From the human T2T-CHM13v2.0 reference genome, Homo sapiens, in the NCBI RefSeq assembly GCF_009914755.1, contig NC_060937.1: a stretch of DNA of 64,000 nucleotides. One strand, given 5' to 3'. A model generated the notes under the pieces. The model saw nothing but the letters and a program-made list of their open reading frames with translations, was not told the DNA's origin and made no database searches. This document shows positions 26,760 through 41,716 of this stretch, piece after piece (position 1 is the stretch's first letter; the number at the start of each line of letters is the position of its first letter). The translations under genes were made by a program, and so were the position numbers.

Positions 26760-29700
26760 TTCTAGAAAGATGGTGGAGTAGGTAGCACTAGAAATATGTA
26801 TCCCTACATAGAAAAAAATAATGCCCTGACAGAATCTGTCTGATGTTACTATTTTGGAATTCTGGAAACTACTGAAATTAAGTTCCAGGGAAAGACTTGC
26901 ACTTCAAACTCCCAGGAGATGGCTTAGACTGTCAGTTGTGGTTAATTGTGGTCAATTTTAGCTATTAGCACAATAGCACCTATTCATTCCCCACCTCTCA
27001 ACTCTGTGGCAGGCAGCGGTGCCTGGAGCAGCTACCACACAGCTTGCAGAAACTAGGGTGGGCAACAAACAACCCTGCCTGCCAGATAACAGAGACCCGT
27101 GCTCTGATCACTGATCACTGCTTCTGATCCCAGAGGTGCAGACAAAGAAACAGTGGCCATTGTTATGCTCCTCCTCAATTATTGTCAGCCCCTCTCCCCT
27201 GGCTGAGGTGGTTCCCAGGGAATGTAAAGAGGGTGGTGCCTCATTTTTTCTCCCTTTGTTTTTCTCTTTTTACTCTTTTGGACGGCTGACATTGAAGATA
27301 AAGACATTCACAAGCAACTGTATATATGGGTGAAATTAGGAAGTCACCATGTAGACACAGTGGGAAGATACAAGTTCAGAAAAAAACCTGAGGAGAGAAT
27401 AAGTTTACACCTCATGCTAATACTTGGCACAGAGACAGCTGCAACAATAAAAAAAAGTCAAGAACAAAACAGCAAACCCTCAGAAAGAAAGAGAATCCGG
27501 TTATCAGAGTTAACATATTATTAGATTCAAATGCTCAGTTTTCAAGTGAAAATCAGAAGGCATACAAAATACTAAGTGTAAAATACTGTCAACCAACAAT
27601 ACTAGATTCAGCAAAACTGTTATCTAAAATGAGGGAGAAATTAAGGCATTCCAGGTAAACAAAAGCTGGGGGAGTTTATTACCTCTAGACCTTCCCTGCA
27701 AGAAATGCTCAGGGGAGTTATTTGGGATGAAATTAAAGGACCCTAGACAATAACTAAAAGCTATACAAAAATTAAATCTGAATTAAAAATAGGCAATTTT
27801 AAAAGCTAGTATTATTGTAACACGCTGTATAACTTCATTTTGTTTTCTACTTCATTTAAGACACTAAAACATTAAGATAATTATTATGCTAAAAGTTGGT
27901 ATTGTAATTTTGGTTTGCAATTCCACATTTTGTTTTCTACATAATTTGAGAGATGAATGCATCAAAGAATTATTAGTTTATGTTTTCGAACATGAAATGT
28001 ATAAGATATAATTTTATAGCATGAACAGCTGAAAGAGGTGGGGACAGAGCTGTAAAAAATATTTGAGTGTATTATTAAAATTAAGTTGGCACAAATTCAA
28101 ATTAGAATGTTATAACTTTAGCATGTTGAATATAATCACCATGGTAACAACAAAGAATATAGAAGAAAGAAAATAGCAGAAAAAAAGACTTTTAATATTT
28201 AACTGAAAAATCAACTAGATGAACTAAACACAAAACACAGAAATGTAGAAAATGAGGTATGAGAAAGCTATAAGGCATATAAAAAACAAATAGCAAAATT
28301 GCTTGCTTATCAGCAATGATTTTAAGTGTAAATGGATTAAGCTCTCCAATCAGAAGACAGAGGTTAGTAAAATGGATTTTAAAAAATGATGTAGGCCCAG
28401 TCTACAATAGACTCACTTTAGACCCAAAGACACAGATACACTGAAAGTTAAAGGATGAAAAAATATATTTTGTCCAAATAGTAAGTGAAGAAGAGCAAGA
28501 GTGGCTATACTAATATCAGACAAAGTAGATTTTAAAACATACAAGAAGGACATTATATATTATTAAAAGGTTTAATGTAGCAAGAAGATATAAAAATTAT
28601 AAATATTTATGCATCTAATAACAGACCATAAAATATATGAAGCAAAAAGTGACAGAATTGAAAACAGAAACATACAGTTCTATAATAATTGTTGTAGTTA
28701 TCATACCCCACTCTCAATAATGAATAGAACAATGAGACAGAATATAAGTAAGGCAACAGAGAACTTGAATGGCACAATACACCGACTAGGTCTAATGGAC
28801 AGATACGGAACACTCTACCCAGTTTCTATGGCATACACATTATTTTAAGTACACATGGAACATTTTCCTGGATAGAACATATATTAGGTCACAAATTAAG
28901 TCTCAAAAAACTTACGGTAAAAAATATCATACAAAACATTTTTCTGATCAAAATGGGATAAAGTAAGAAATCAGTAACAGAAGAAAAACGAGAACTTTTA
29001 CAAATTTGTGGAAATTAAACAACATACTCTTACCAATGGATCAAATAATAAATTACATGAGAAATTAGAAAATACTTGGAGATAAACGAAAATGAACAAA
29101 CAATATGTCAAAACATATGGGACATAATGAAAGCACTGTTAGAAAATTTAGATGCATACATTACAAAAAACAAGAAAGATCTTAAATCATCAACCTAACT
29201 TTACAACTTAAGGAACTAAAAAAATAAGAATATACTGAACCCGAAACTAGCAAAAAAAATGAAATAATAAATATTACAGCTGAGATAAAATAGAGAATGT
29301 AAAATAATAGGGAAAATAAATGAAACCAAAAGTTGTTTCTTCAAAATAGTAACAAATTTAGAAAACCTTTAGCTAGAAAGAAAGAAGAAAGACTCAAGTT
29401 ACCAAAATAAAAAAAAAAAAAAGGAACATAGGAACATTACTTCCAAGTCTACATAAATACAAAGATCAGCAGAGAGTATTACGAAAGTAATGATATGCCA
29501 ACAAATTGAATAACCTGGATGAAGTGGACAAATTTCTAGAAACGCAAAGCCTACTAAATCTAAACCACAAACAAATAGAAAATTGTAATAGACATTTTAA
29601 GAGTCAGGAGATAGATTACTAATCAAAAATATCCTGACAAACAAAAGTCCTTGGCCTGATGGCTTTTTTGCTGAATTCTACCAAACATTTAAAGAAGGGC

Positions 29701-31132
29701 TCACCCCAATTTTCAATAATTTCCAAAATATCAAAGAAGAGGGAACACTTCCTAACACATTCTATGAGGCCAGAACTACCTTGATACCCAAGTCAGACAA
29801 AGACATCACAAAAAATAGAAAACTAAAGATCAATATTCCGTATGAACATTAATGGGAACAATCTTCAAAAAAGTACTAGCAAACTGAATTTTGCAACATA
29901 TTAAAGGAATTATACACCATTTCTAAGTAGGATTTATGCCTGGAATACAAAGATGGTTCAACATACGAAAATCAAAGTAGGATTTATGCCTGGAATACAA
30001 AGATGGTTCAACACACAAAAATTAAACAGTGGAATATACCACATTAACAATGGAATACACCACACTAATGAAGAAAAAAGACATGTAATCATCTTTTATT
30101 GATGCAGTAAAAGCACCTGAGAAAATTCAATAACCTTTCATAATTAAAACAATACTCAGTATACTAGGATAGAAGGAAACTACCTCATCACAATTTTTTA
30201 AAAAGTTTTTCCTGTCAGATCAGGAACAAAGCAAGGGTGTCTGCTTTCCTCACTTCTATTTAACGTAGTACTGGAAATCCTAGCTAGAGCAATTAGGCAA
30301 GAAAAAGAGAGAACATATGTTGGAATAAAGGAAGAAGTAAACTTATCTCTGTCCATAGATGATATAATCATATATGTAGACAACTCTTATGATTCCACCA
30401 AAAAATCCCATATGAAACTAATAAATGAATTCAGAACTAATAAGTGAATAATTACATATGGTTATATCAGCTGGCGTAAAACAAACATGTTGGCCAATAG
30501 AATAAAATACTTACATGGCCAAATTATTTTTGACAAGGGTGGCAAGATCATTTAATGGGAAAAAGACACTATTTTTAACAACAGATGCTGAGAAAACTGA
30601 ATCTCCACATGCAACGGAATGAAGTTGAACCTTATATGAACCTCCATATAAAAATTAACTGAATATGAATCAAAGACCCAAATGTAAGGCCTAAAAATAT
30701 AAAATGCTTAGAATATAACATATATAATGTGATTTATATATACAATGGAATATCATTCAGCCTTAAAAGGGAAGCCAAGTCTGACATAGACTACAACATG
30801 GACAAACCTTTAGGATGCTAAGTGAAATAAGCCCATCACAAAAAGGTAAATTCTGTATGATTACACTTCTATGAGGTACTTACAGTGATCAAAATCATAC
30901 AGACAATAAGTAGAACTGTTTGCCAGCAGCCGAGCTGGGGGAAGGGGGGGAATGAGGAATTGTTTAATGGGTAGAATTTCAGTTTTGAAAGGTGGAAAGA
31001 ACCCTGAAGATGGAGGATGGTGATGTCTACACAATGTAATATATGTATTTAATATCACTAAACTGTTCATTTAAAAATGGTTAAGATAGTAAATGTCATG
31101 TGTATTTTGCCACAATAAAAAAGAAAAAAAAA
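26760..31132 (+). mobile_element. L1MB-type LINE-1, 5' UTR to poly-A, with large internal deletions
   Basis: 5' start TTCTAGAAAGATGGTGGAGTAGG. ORF2 motifs AATGGATTAAGCTCTCCAATCAGAAGACAGAGG, TGGCCTGATGGC...GAATTCTACCAAACATTTAAAGAAG, TTCTATGAGGCCAG, GATGGTTCAACATACG and CTAGCTAGAGCAATTAGGCAAG. L1MB 3' UTR ends GTATTTTGCCACAATAAAAAAGAAAAAAAA. ORFs are destroyed. Confidence 0.9.
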
Positions 31133-31163
31133 TGAATTAGGGCTCAGTTCTTAAAATCTGTTT

Positions 31164-31214
31164 TTTGTTTGTTTGTTTGTTTGTTTGTTTGTCAATCTCT
31201 CTCTCTCTCTCTCT
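31164..31214. repeat. (TTTG)n followed by (TC)n microsatellites
   Basis: Direct reading of adjacent tetranucleotide and dinucleotide runs. Confidence 0.9.
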
Positions 31215-32721
31215 GACTTGTCTCTGAGCACAGGAATTATTATTCTGCTTATGGTTGACACAGTCAATCGTATCTAAACCTTCAAAGAGAAATACAAAGT
31301 TACACAGATTGTAGTTTCACATTGAATGTATCGTTATTGCATGTAATCATGACCATAGACCTTTGAAGCTAGAGCAAATCGGAGCAGAAATTGCTAAGTG
31401 TTCTGGGTTTATTACGAAGCTGCCATACAAACGCTGGGAAGGAGGAGCTCCGGGGAGGGAAGGAGAGGAAGGAGTTGAAGGAAAGAATCAAGTGCAATGA
31501 ATAGCTGCAATTACAAATTAGGTAATTGGGCATGGATGCATTTGCTTTACTTTGCACACTCTGCTATGCATTCTGAATTCACTACTGTCTATTTGTGTGA
31601 GTGCATCCTTATTTCTTGTTCCTGAGTTTCTTTAAAAAATAATGATCTTTGGCTGGAAATAAAATACTCTATGTGACACATTATATAGAGGAAACCGTAT
31701 CATACATAACTGTATAATGATAACCCTCTGTGTTTTGGTTATCAAGACATTTTAGGAAGTCTAAAAAATGGAAAAACATAATGTCATGTCCTGACAAAGG
31801 AATTGATGACTCTGGAAATGATGTTATAGTTGTAAACTAGAACCACCAAATATGCCTTACAATTCCATAAAAAATGGAAAAAATACATATACTAAAATAA
31901 AACAGCTAAAGAGAAAAGTACCTGAAAAGTTAGAATTACAAAAAAAAAATCTATATTTATAACTATAGCACAAATACATCTTGAGCTTTCGGTAGTAGAA
32001 TAATTCTCACCTAAACTCTCATGCACTGGTAAATAAAAAGTGTTTCCTGGCAGGTAATGATTAAAGAGTACTAGCAAGGATGACCACTACCAACAACATA
32101 TTTCTTCCACTAAGTTTGAAATAACTAAACTTTAAGGACATTTTAGAGAACTGCAGTCAGTAGGACAGATTTACTATTTTCCCTGTGGAGTGGCAATACA
32201 AAACAAGTTTGGGATGAACTAATTGCTCTGATGACACTATGATCAGAACATAATTGGAATTGCCAATGAAACCACCAGCAGAATTGTGGCAGTTCAATAG
32301 TTTTCCCCTACTCATATTCTGACATATAACTTGCTTGGAAAAACTTTGAAATCATAGTTTAACTGTGTCATAGTTTTTAAAACACTTTCAGGTCAACCTC
32401 TCTAATGTTGCCGATGTGTGTGTGTACGTGTGTGTGTCCGCTCTGGAAGGTTGAGGGGGCTCTTTTTTCTTCCAAATAATCAATATAAACGCTGATAGCA
32501 AAAAAAAAGAGACAAAAGTGACTAGTCCATTAAAATCTGAGCTACCTGATTTTTATACTGATTAAAGTAAGTGGAATTTAGGACACTGAATTTGGAGATG
32601 AGAGCATTTATCTGTCTTTCCTTTTTTAAATTTTACTCTAGATTCTGAGAAAATGTGTAAAGAAAATTATGAGAGACATTGATAATGGCTAATTGAAATA
32701 TATGACTCCAATATCATTCTA

Positions 32722-33066
32722 TGATAGAACAGTAGGTTGTATTACTGTTCAAACAATAAGCCACTGATCAGGTTCAGCATTTCACTTGCTCTGGCCAAGG
32801 AAATGACAGCAGAAGTAACATGTCTCTTCCAAGCAGATCTTCTGAGACTGCATAGTGTTCACCATGTTCCTTCTCTCCTTCATTATCAGGTATCTTGTAA
32901 AAAGATATCCAGCCAGGCTGAGTTTGGGAGTGCAGGTGATGTGGGTGAAGCAGCAGTCAAATGGCAATGGCCATGTGGCACAGGTGAGACAGCAACCTTT
33001 ATCAGATGCTACTGAGGTTTTGAGATCACTTGATACTTCAGTTAAATTAGGTATCTTGATTAGTAA
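32722..33066 (+). mobile_element. MLT1I/J-like MaLR solo LTR
   Basis: ACTTGCTCTGGCCAAGGAAATGACAGCAGAAGTAACATGTCTCTTCCAAGCAGA core, and ATGGCCATGTGGCACAGGTGAGACAGCAACCTTT...GCTACTGAGGTTTTG 3' part. Confidence 0.65.
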
Positions 33067-35123
33067 AGACAACAATCAGATTATAACATGATAAACATGT
33101 TAAAGCTATCTGCTCATTAATGTATATTTGACGTGATATACCCAAAGAAGCAGAGTTCGTTATATTCTATTTATTGTAGAAATTCAAAAGTCTCATTTTA
33201 AAATCAGGTATGCTGCTGTTTATTATTTCTGTAGATTATATAATGAGATAATGATAAACACTTAAAATATAATTTCCCCAAATTTAGAAGAGGAAAAATG
33301 TAAATGAGGATGGTTTCAGTTTTATGGTTATCATAAAATGTAATAAACCAAAGATAACCAGAGATAAGGCAGGACATTGATAAATGTCTTCTATAGGGAA
33401 AGTTTTTCTAACAGATGTTTCCCAAGCATTAAAATTACATGGTTATAGCCAATGATTCAATGCTAGCCATATTTATAATAAAAAATACTAAGTGGAGAAA
33501 AAGTTTCTCATATTATAATTATGGGTTTTAATTGCCCTTAGAGTTAACATGTACAATTCACTAAATAAATATTAAAGAAAGCATTGTTAATGATCTGTAC
33601 CTAAATATATGGTCCCTGACAAAAAATAATTGCTTGTATTCCCAGAAATCCTTGTAAGCACCAAAATGTCTCTCTATGCTTGCTTAATACTTTAAAAAAT
33701 ATTTTTGTTTTGTTTTCAATTAAGTGTATTATAATCGAAATTCCCAAACGTTAGTATTTGCTTTTATATAATTCTATCAGTATGTGGAGCTTTTCTTTTA
33801 GCTAGATACAGATATAAATATAGATGTAGATATAGATACATATATAGAAAAGCTATTGTGTAAGGCTTGTTTCAGTGTGCATGTGGTCTACTTTGGATGT
33901 TGTCCAAGAAGACATACTTTTTAGAACTACTCACAAAATCTCGTGGCATGCATCCCACAGTGGTAGAGTGGTAAAATTATAAGCATTTATGTAAGAATTT
34001 TTTGCTTTATGGAATTCAAATTCTAAAGATTGGTTTGCATTTTCATGGAAAACTCCATCTTGGTCAAATCTAGTCACAGCCAAAATTCACCTGATTTCCC
34101 ACACTATTAAGTCAGGTCAACCTCCCCAAGGAAAATCAGTTGAAGGCTCTACACTGGAGTCTCACACTCCACATCTACTTTGTCTCAGTGACTTAAATAA
34201 TTGAACAGGCTTGGAGCTTAACGGATCTTCTGTTCTTAGCCACACCTTTTCCTCTCATGAGCCTCTGGCCATAACAACATGCTTCAGCTGAATGGGCTGT
34301 GACCTTGTAATTTGTCTTCTTAATCTTCTTATTAACCATTCATTGATTAACAAATGAGATCAATAACATATTTTTGTGATTCAGTCATTGAAATACCTGA
34401 ACTTCTCTAATTGCTTTAGCCTATGTTACCATGTATAGATGTGTGCGTGTGTGTGTGTGAAAGAGGTGCCAAAGAAACCATTTATTCAGCATAAACACAG
34501 TAGTAACATTGAAGTTTGTGAAAATTCATGATCTTGAAATTGCACTCTGCTCATGGATTAAACTTAATACCTGACATAGTGCTGGTAATAGTGTTGAAAA
34601 TATCATAGTATTCCTTCAGTTTTGGAGCTAACTACCCATAAATCAGTTCAAAAACAATATAAGAAAAATATCAGTATAATGAATAATCACAATCTTAACT
34701 ACAGCTAAACTTCCTATTTTCTATTCAGCATTCTATTTCTAATAAACTTTAATAAAAGATTAATAGAAATGGAATACTGAATCCTTTTATTAAAAGGTAA
34801 GGGAAATAAAAGACTGAAGACAATAAACTGTAAGACAAAGAAAGTTGACTTTTAAAACTTGTCAAGTGAAGGGAACTGTCACGCAGATACTAAGCACAAC
34901 TGTGAGCTTCAGTTGCAGGTTAGAAGTTAGGGTGTTGAGAAGGAGGAAGAGCTGATGGTGAACTGTGTGGTGTCAGGGAAGGTAAGAGAAGGGAGCAGGG
35001 TGTCATTGAGGTGAAAAAGGTGAACATGATGTGAAAGGTATGTCTTTTGTAAATTCACTTCTCTGTAAGAAACAGAGCTGCAATTCATAACGCATTAGTT
35101 GCATAAAGCATGGAAGCCTGTTA

Positions 35124-35169
35124 TGGGAAAAGAAGGGAACATATTTGGGAAAAGAAGGGAACATATTTG
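35124..35169. repeat. Perfect 22-bp tandem duplication
   Basis: TGGGAAAAGAAGGGAACATATT at 35124-35145 and 35146-35167. Confidence 0.95.
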
Positions 35170-38004
35170 CAAATTGTTCAAGGACAATGACTCCTTCTAT
35201 CAGAATGGAGTCACAGTTTTCAGGTTGTCCCCCAGTGCTATTTTAATTATTCTAATTCTCAACCATGCCTTCAGTTTTGTGTCAGAAATGTAAATGATTA
35301 CCAACCTTCTCAGACTTAAGAATTGTTTCTTCCCATGTAATAAGTGGTAAATATATGCATGCATATTAAAATAATTAACATTAAAAAAGATGTGTAGGAA
35401 ATATGAAGTTTAACATTAAGGACAGAAAAGTTTACTAAAATGTGTGCTAGATTAGAAAACAATAACTATTCCCTACAGTTGCAGAGATTCAAGATTTATT
35501 AGGCCCACATTTCAAGCAGCTGACTTTGATTTTCATGTTTGACATATAAGATATGATTTCTGCTTTCAGGCATGTGTATCTTTGAAATTTTCTCACTTCT
35601 CAATTCTGTCAATTCCTTAGTGATCAAGTTTTCAATAAAAACTACCTTCAGTATCTTGGTGCAATTATTGATATGTGTTTTATTTCTATTTCAATTAAAT
35701 AGATCCACTGAAAAGATAAATGTAAGCCCAATACAGAATTGCCCTTGTTTTTACAGTTATCGGGTAGCTAAAATGTGAACTTCTGTATCTCTTTTTCCAA
35801 AACCCTCCTCCTTTTCACTTTGTCATATGGATCCACCAATAAAAATACATTGAATGCTAAGACATGGAATAGTATCAGAAGCAAAACAGCTTAAAGGTTT
35901 AAATTGATTATTCTCCTATTTTTAAGATCCTTAATATCCAGTGAGAATCTCAGAGGTTAAGGATTACTGATCCTTTAGTAATAATTGATTAATCACACAC
36001 ACACATATTATGGTGGCTGCTCGATATTTGGAAAAGGGCAAGATGAGGATCACAGGTGCAAGAGAGGTGGGGAGGCCTTCTGAGTACTAATAATCACCTC
36101 AGGATGCTGTGCAGCATTCTTAAGCCTCAGCCATCTCCGACCATGTGAAAAACAGACTAATTTGCTGCTAAGTCCTTATAATCTTTAAGAAAGACCACTG
36201 GATATGTTCAGACATGTGAGGTGTCCAGAACTGCACCTAAAAGTCCTGAACACTTTCCAAAATGAGGAGGCACTGAAGAAGCTAGAATGTGATAGTGAAA
36301 CTCTGACCTTAAGAAGTTCCCTGATAAGCTAATATTTTTCCTGTTCTCAATACCTTCTGAATTAGCATTTGATTCCTTTTTTTTCTAAATTTCTCTATCA
36401 AAATTTTAAAGGGAAATCCTATTTAATTTAAACCTTTCAGAAATCCCTTAGACCTGATCTGTCCCTACCAGATGCTTGGAAAAACATATGCCCAAAACAT
36501 CGTCCTAGTGTGGACTAGATGCAATGGAGGTTTATTTTTCTTGGGAAAAACATGTTAGCGCCCAGTCCTATCACCAAGCATCTTACATAACTATCATGTA
36601 ACCGTGAGCAAGTTACTCAACATGTAGTTGTTGTGTCTTGTTCTGCAAAGCTGTCTCAAAAGTTTCCGACTACTTAGTTAGTGAATGCAAAGCCCTTTGA
36701 AAAGCTGTAAACATAAGGAATTTTTAACAAAGAGAAGTGAGATGTCCTAATTATGGACTGTGGGTACATACGAATACTTACAAAATATTTTTTACGGGGC
36801 AAGAAGGTTATTTAGGGGGTGCGAAATGCACGGTGATACCTCTAGAAATAAGGATGGATACTAGTTGGAGAAATATGTGTTTTTAATCAGAAAATACAAT
36901 TTCAAAAAAATGACCTATGAATTGGAAGTTAGAACTTTTCGTAGCAGTGATGGGATGTGCTCTCCATTGTTTTGAAATAAAAGTTTAACAAAAGCAGAGA
37001 CTACTTTTGAATGATCATCCCTCTCTGTCTGTCACCAGCACATTTAGGTGCTTTTACAAGGGCAAAATCTTGACATAAACCGTGCTAAGCAAGGGGAAGA
37101 TATCCATCCTTCTTTCTTAGAGCCGCAGGCTCTTTCAAGAGCAGTGTGAAAAAACAATTGAATGTTAGGAAAGGTCAAAAGCCAGGATGAAGAGACATTC
37201 TGATTAAAAGCTTTCCCTAAAGGCAGCAAGACCTTTCCCTGTTCTCTAATTCAAACATAAAGACATTTAGCTCATGCTAGTTTTCTGGTTAATTTTTCAA
37301 GAATATGGGTTGTTAGGGATCAGAACACTGTATAAGCTTCAAAAGATTTGAAAAGCTCTGGCTGGACCCAAACTCTTTAAATTGGGTCTCACTGCCAACG
37401 TAGCTCTTGTTCGTTCTTTTAATTTGTGCTTTTCTTCTTTCTTCACATTTCTTTCTGATATCCTTCACAGTTTTAAAAGGCTCATTTTTTAAGCTATATG
37501 ATTTAAGACAAAGAATTTCTACAAAGTCTTGTAGGAGAACTGAGTTTTTTTACCTTCCAAAAGAAGCTAGTCATACAATATTTTTTAGAAATCAGTGGCA
37601 TTGATATATGAACCTCAAAAATTTTAAAGGCTTAATTTTTATCCCAGTTACTTTGGTAAAGAAAACCTCAGAAGATCAAGTTTTCTTTTTATATTTCTAT
37701 TACTTCCTGGTTTCAGTCAGATCTGAAATACCACAAAACAGCTTGATTTGGATTTTTTTTTTAATATGACACAAAAGTTTCCAAGTTTGAACACTGATGG
37801 AAACCCAGATTTCTCATTTATATAATATGGAAAGCAAAAGTGAAAAAAAGTGAAAGACTAACATTTACAAGGATTGATTTACTGTCTACATGTATAGATC
37901 CATAAGGTTGCTGTCACGCCCTGTCCCTAATAATATTTGCAGGACCCAGGGCTACAGTGGAGATCTGCATGCTACATGTGCAAATAGTATAAGGGAAAGC
38001 CAAG

Positions 38005-38635
38005 GAAACGATAACTTGTCAGTTCTTCAAAATGTTAAACATACAGTTTCTGTCTGATCCAGCAATTCCACTCTTAATTATATACCCCAAAAAATTGAAA
38101 ACAGGGACTCAAGCAGACACTTGTACAACAATGTTCATAGCAGCATATTCACTGTAGTTAAAACATGGAAGCAAGTCAAGTGCCCAGCAACTAATGAATG
38201 GATAAGCAATATGCGGTACACACATGCAATGAAATATTATTTATCTATAAAATTATGTGAATGAAGTACTGATACACGCAACAACATGGATGAAACTTGA
38301 TAACACTGTGCTACAGGAAAGAAGCTAGACATAAAGGGAAAACACTGCATGTGTCCACTATATTCAGGATCTAGAATAGGCAAATGCAGGAAAGCAGAAG
38401 GAAGAATAATGGTTACCAAGGCCTGAGGGTACAGGGGAGTGGGAAGTTAGCGTTTAATAGGAACAAATGTTTCGTTTAAAATTATGAAAATGTTCTGTAT
38501 ATAGTACCGATGGTTGTACAACATCATGAATGAACTTAAAGCCACTGAATTTCACACTGAAAAATGATGAAAATGGTAAATTTTATGTAGGTTTTGTATA
38601 TATTTATATTTTCTGTATATTTTACCACCTAAAAT
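38005..38635 (+). mobile_element. L1MB-type LINE-1 3' end
   Basis: GATCCAGCAATTCCACTC, AATGTTCATAGCAGCATATTCAC, GAATGGATAAGCAA, CAACAACATGGATGAAACTTGA, GATGGTTGTACAACATCATGAATG...GCCACTGAAT...TATATTTTACCAC. Confidence 0.9.
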
Positions 38636-38800
38636 TACTTTATATAAAAAAGGAAACAATTTGTTAAACAAGTAAGGTATATCCTATTCTCTTCTCTTAA
38701 CTCCTTATACCTTTTGGTATGATTTGAATTTAGGCTTGGCGGATTTCACTGTCTTCCATCTGGAATATTGTGAAAGCCTCCTGCTCTATATTCCTTACCT

Positions 38801-38838
38801 ACACACACACACAAACACACACACACACACACACACAC
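38801..38838. repeat. Interrupted (AC)n microsatellite
   Basis: AC run with one AA interruption. Confidence 0.95.
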
Positions 38839-40179
38839 CCCTGTAGTGAATTCTCTGCTATTCCTGCCTAGCCTGCCACACCTTGGAGGGTCCCAGTGGT
38901 CATGTACATTAGCCCCACGATCAAACAACATCCTCATCCCCTTGCTGGAGAGAGGCCCATACTGGGGATGGTGTGGTGTGACCACAAGAACATGAATCCA
39001 AGCAAGAGATCTGCTCTTGCAAATGAGCTCCACACTCTGCAAGGAAGAGCCGCAGAAAGCATTGTGCAGAAGGAGACACAGGCTAATTGTGTGTACGTTC
39101 CCTTGGCTTATGGCGTTCTTGGACTTCTTGCCCCATGCCGAGGGGTGCATTGTCCACAAGAGGGTAGGAGTGGGGATCCTCTACAGTACGGGGTCCAGCA
39201 TAGCCTCCTCTCTCCTTGAGGTCTCAGGGCAGAACTGGGTCCTGTGATTGATTCACAGACTTTTCATGCAACCTCACCAGTCGCACTGAGTAGAGAGAAC
39301 TTCACCAGTTCAAAGAAAAAAATAAATGTCTCATCTAGACTTCCTACAAAAAAAAAAGGTCTCTGAGCTCACTCACTTCTTTCAAGTTTTTCTATTTTAA
39401 GAAACGGCTGTGGTGTTAATCCATATAGAATTAACACCAGCAGCCCTCTGCGGCACATAACCTTTTGACATCCAGATTGGTTTGTTTAAACACTCTTTGT
39501 TGTGGCTGCTCAGTCATTTCTCTCAAATGCTGACAAACTTGTGCACAGACAGACACTCCAGAAAATCTATTTTGGGGTCCCTAAAGTGGATTATTGACTT
39601 TGTTGGACAGCTGCCATATATTTTTACTTTATACACCCCTTTTCTCTCCTTAACTTTATCTTCCAATAAGTATCAGAGGCCCTAGTAGTCTGACTATTTT
39701 AAAGAAAAAAGTGATGGTGATTTTGAATAAATAAAGAATCACAGCTTTTTCTTCTCATTAAAACAAGAAGTAAAACTTGACTGATCATGTATTGATGTCT
39801 ACGCCATGATGAACATCCACTTGTACCTTTCCCATCTCTTTCCAGTTTTAAAAGTACATACCTATCACAATACTGCCATTTCTTTGGAAGATCTCGACCT
39901 GCAAATAGAACTTGGCTGTATTGCTTTGGTTTTCTCTTTGAATTTTGCAAGTATATCTAGTTCTTCCTGTTGTAAATATATTTAGTTGCTTCCATATTAA
40001 GAAGATCAAGAATACTATCCTTATGACCAGAAATTCAAACTACTCATTTTTTCTTTGGGTCTCCTGATGAAACCAAATTGTCTTAACTTTTTAAAATTTG
40101 CCAATGAGACGTTTACCTTTCAGAATTAAGCTAGAAATGTGATGTCTGTGGTTTCTCATTGGCTCATTTATATATCCCT

Positions 40180-41383
<1,204 letters not shown>

Positions 41384-41716
41384 CAGGGCATATTCAGCAA
41401 ACTTTTTTTTTTGTGCTTTGATCTTATTCCATCTGCCTGGAATGAAGGATCAGTGCTGCAAGGGGAGCAGGCAGAAGGTACCAAGGACGAGGGTGATTAC
41501 CCAGAAACAGAGGGGCCATGGCTCACAGAACTGCGCTGCTGCAGAAGCTCATGCTGCCTGCCTGCCAGTCTCCAGCCTCTTGTCATATGGGAAAACAAAC
41601 AAAAACACGAAAAACAAAGTCTGTATATTTAGGCAATCCACCAAAAATAATAAGATAAATAATTCTGATATTTAAACTCTATCATTCTTTGGAAATTAAC
41701 ATTTTTCATTAACAAA

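Noticed and set aside
28609-28848. ORF with faint L1 ORF2 endonuclease-like residues
   Set aside because: Fragment of the frameshifted, stop-ridden L1MB relic; not an intact CDS.
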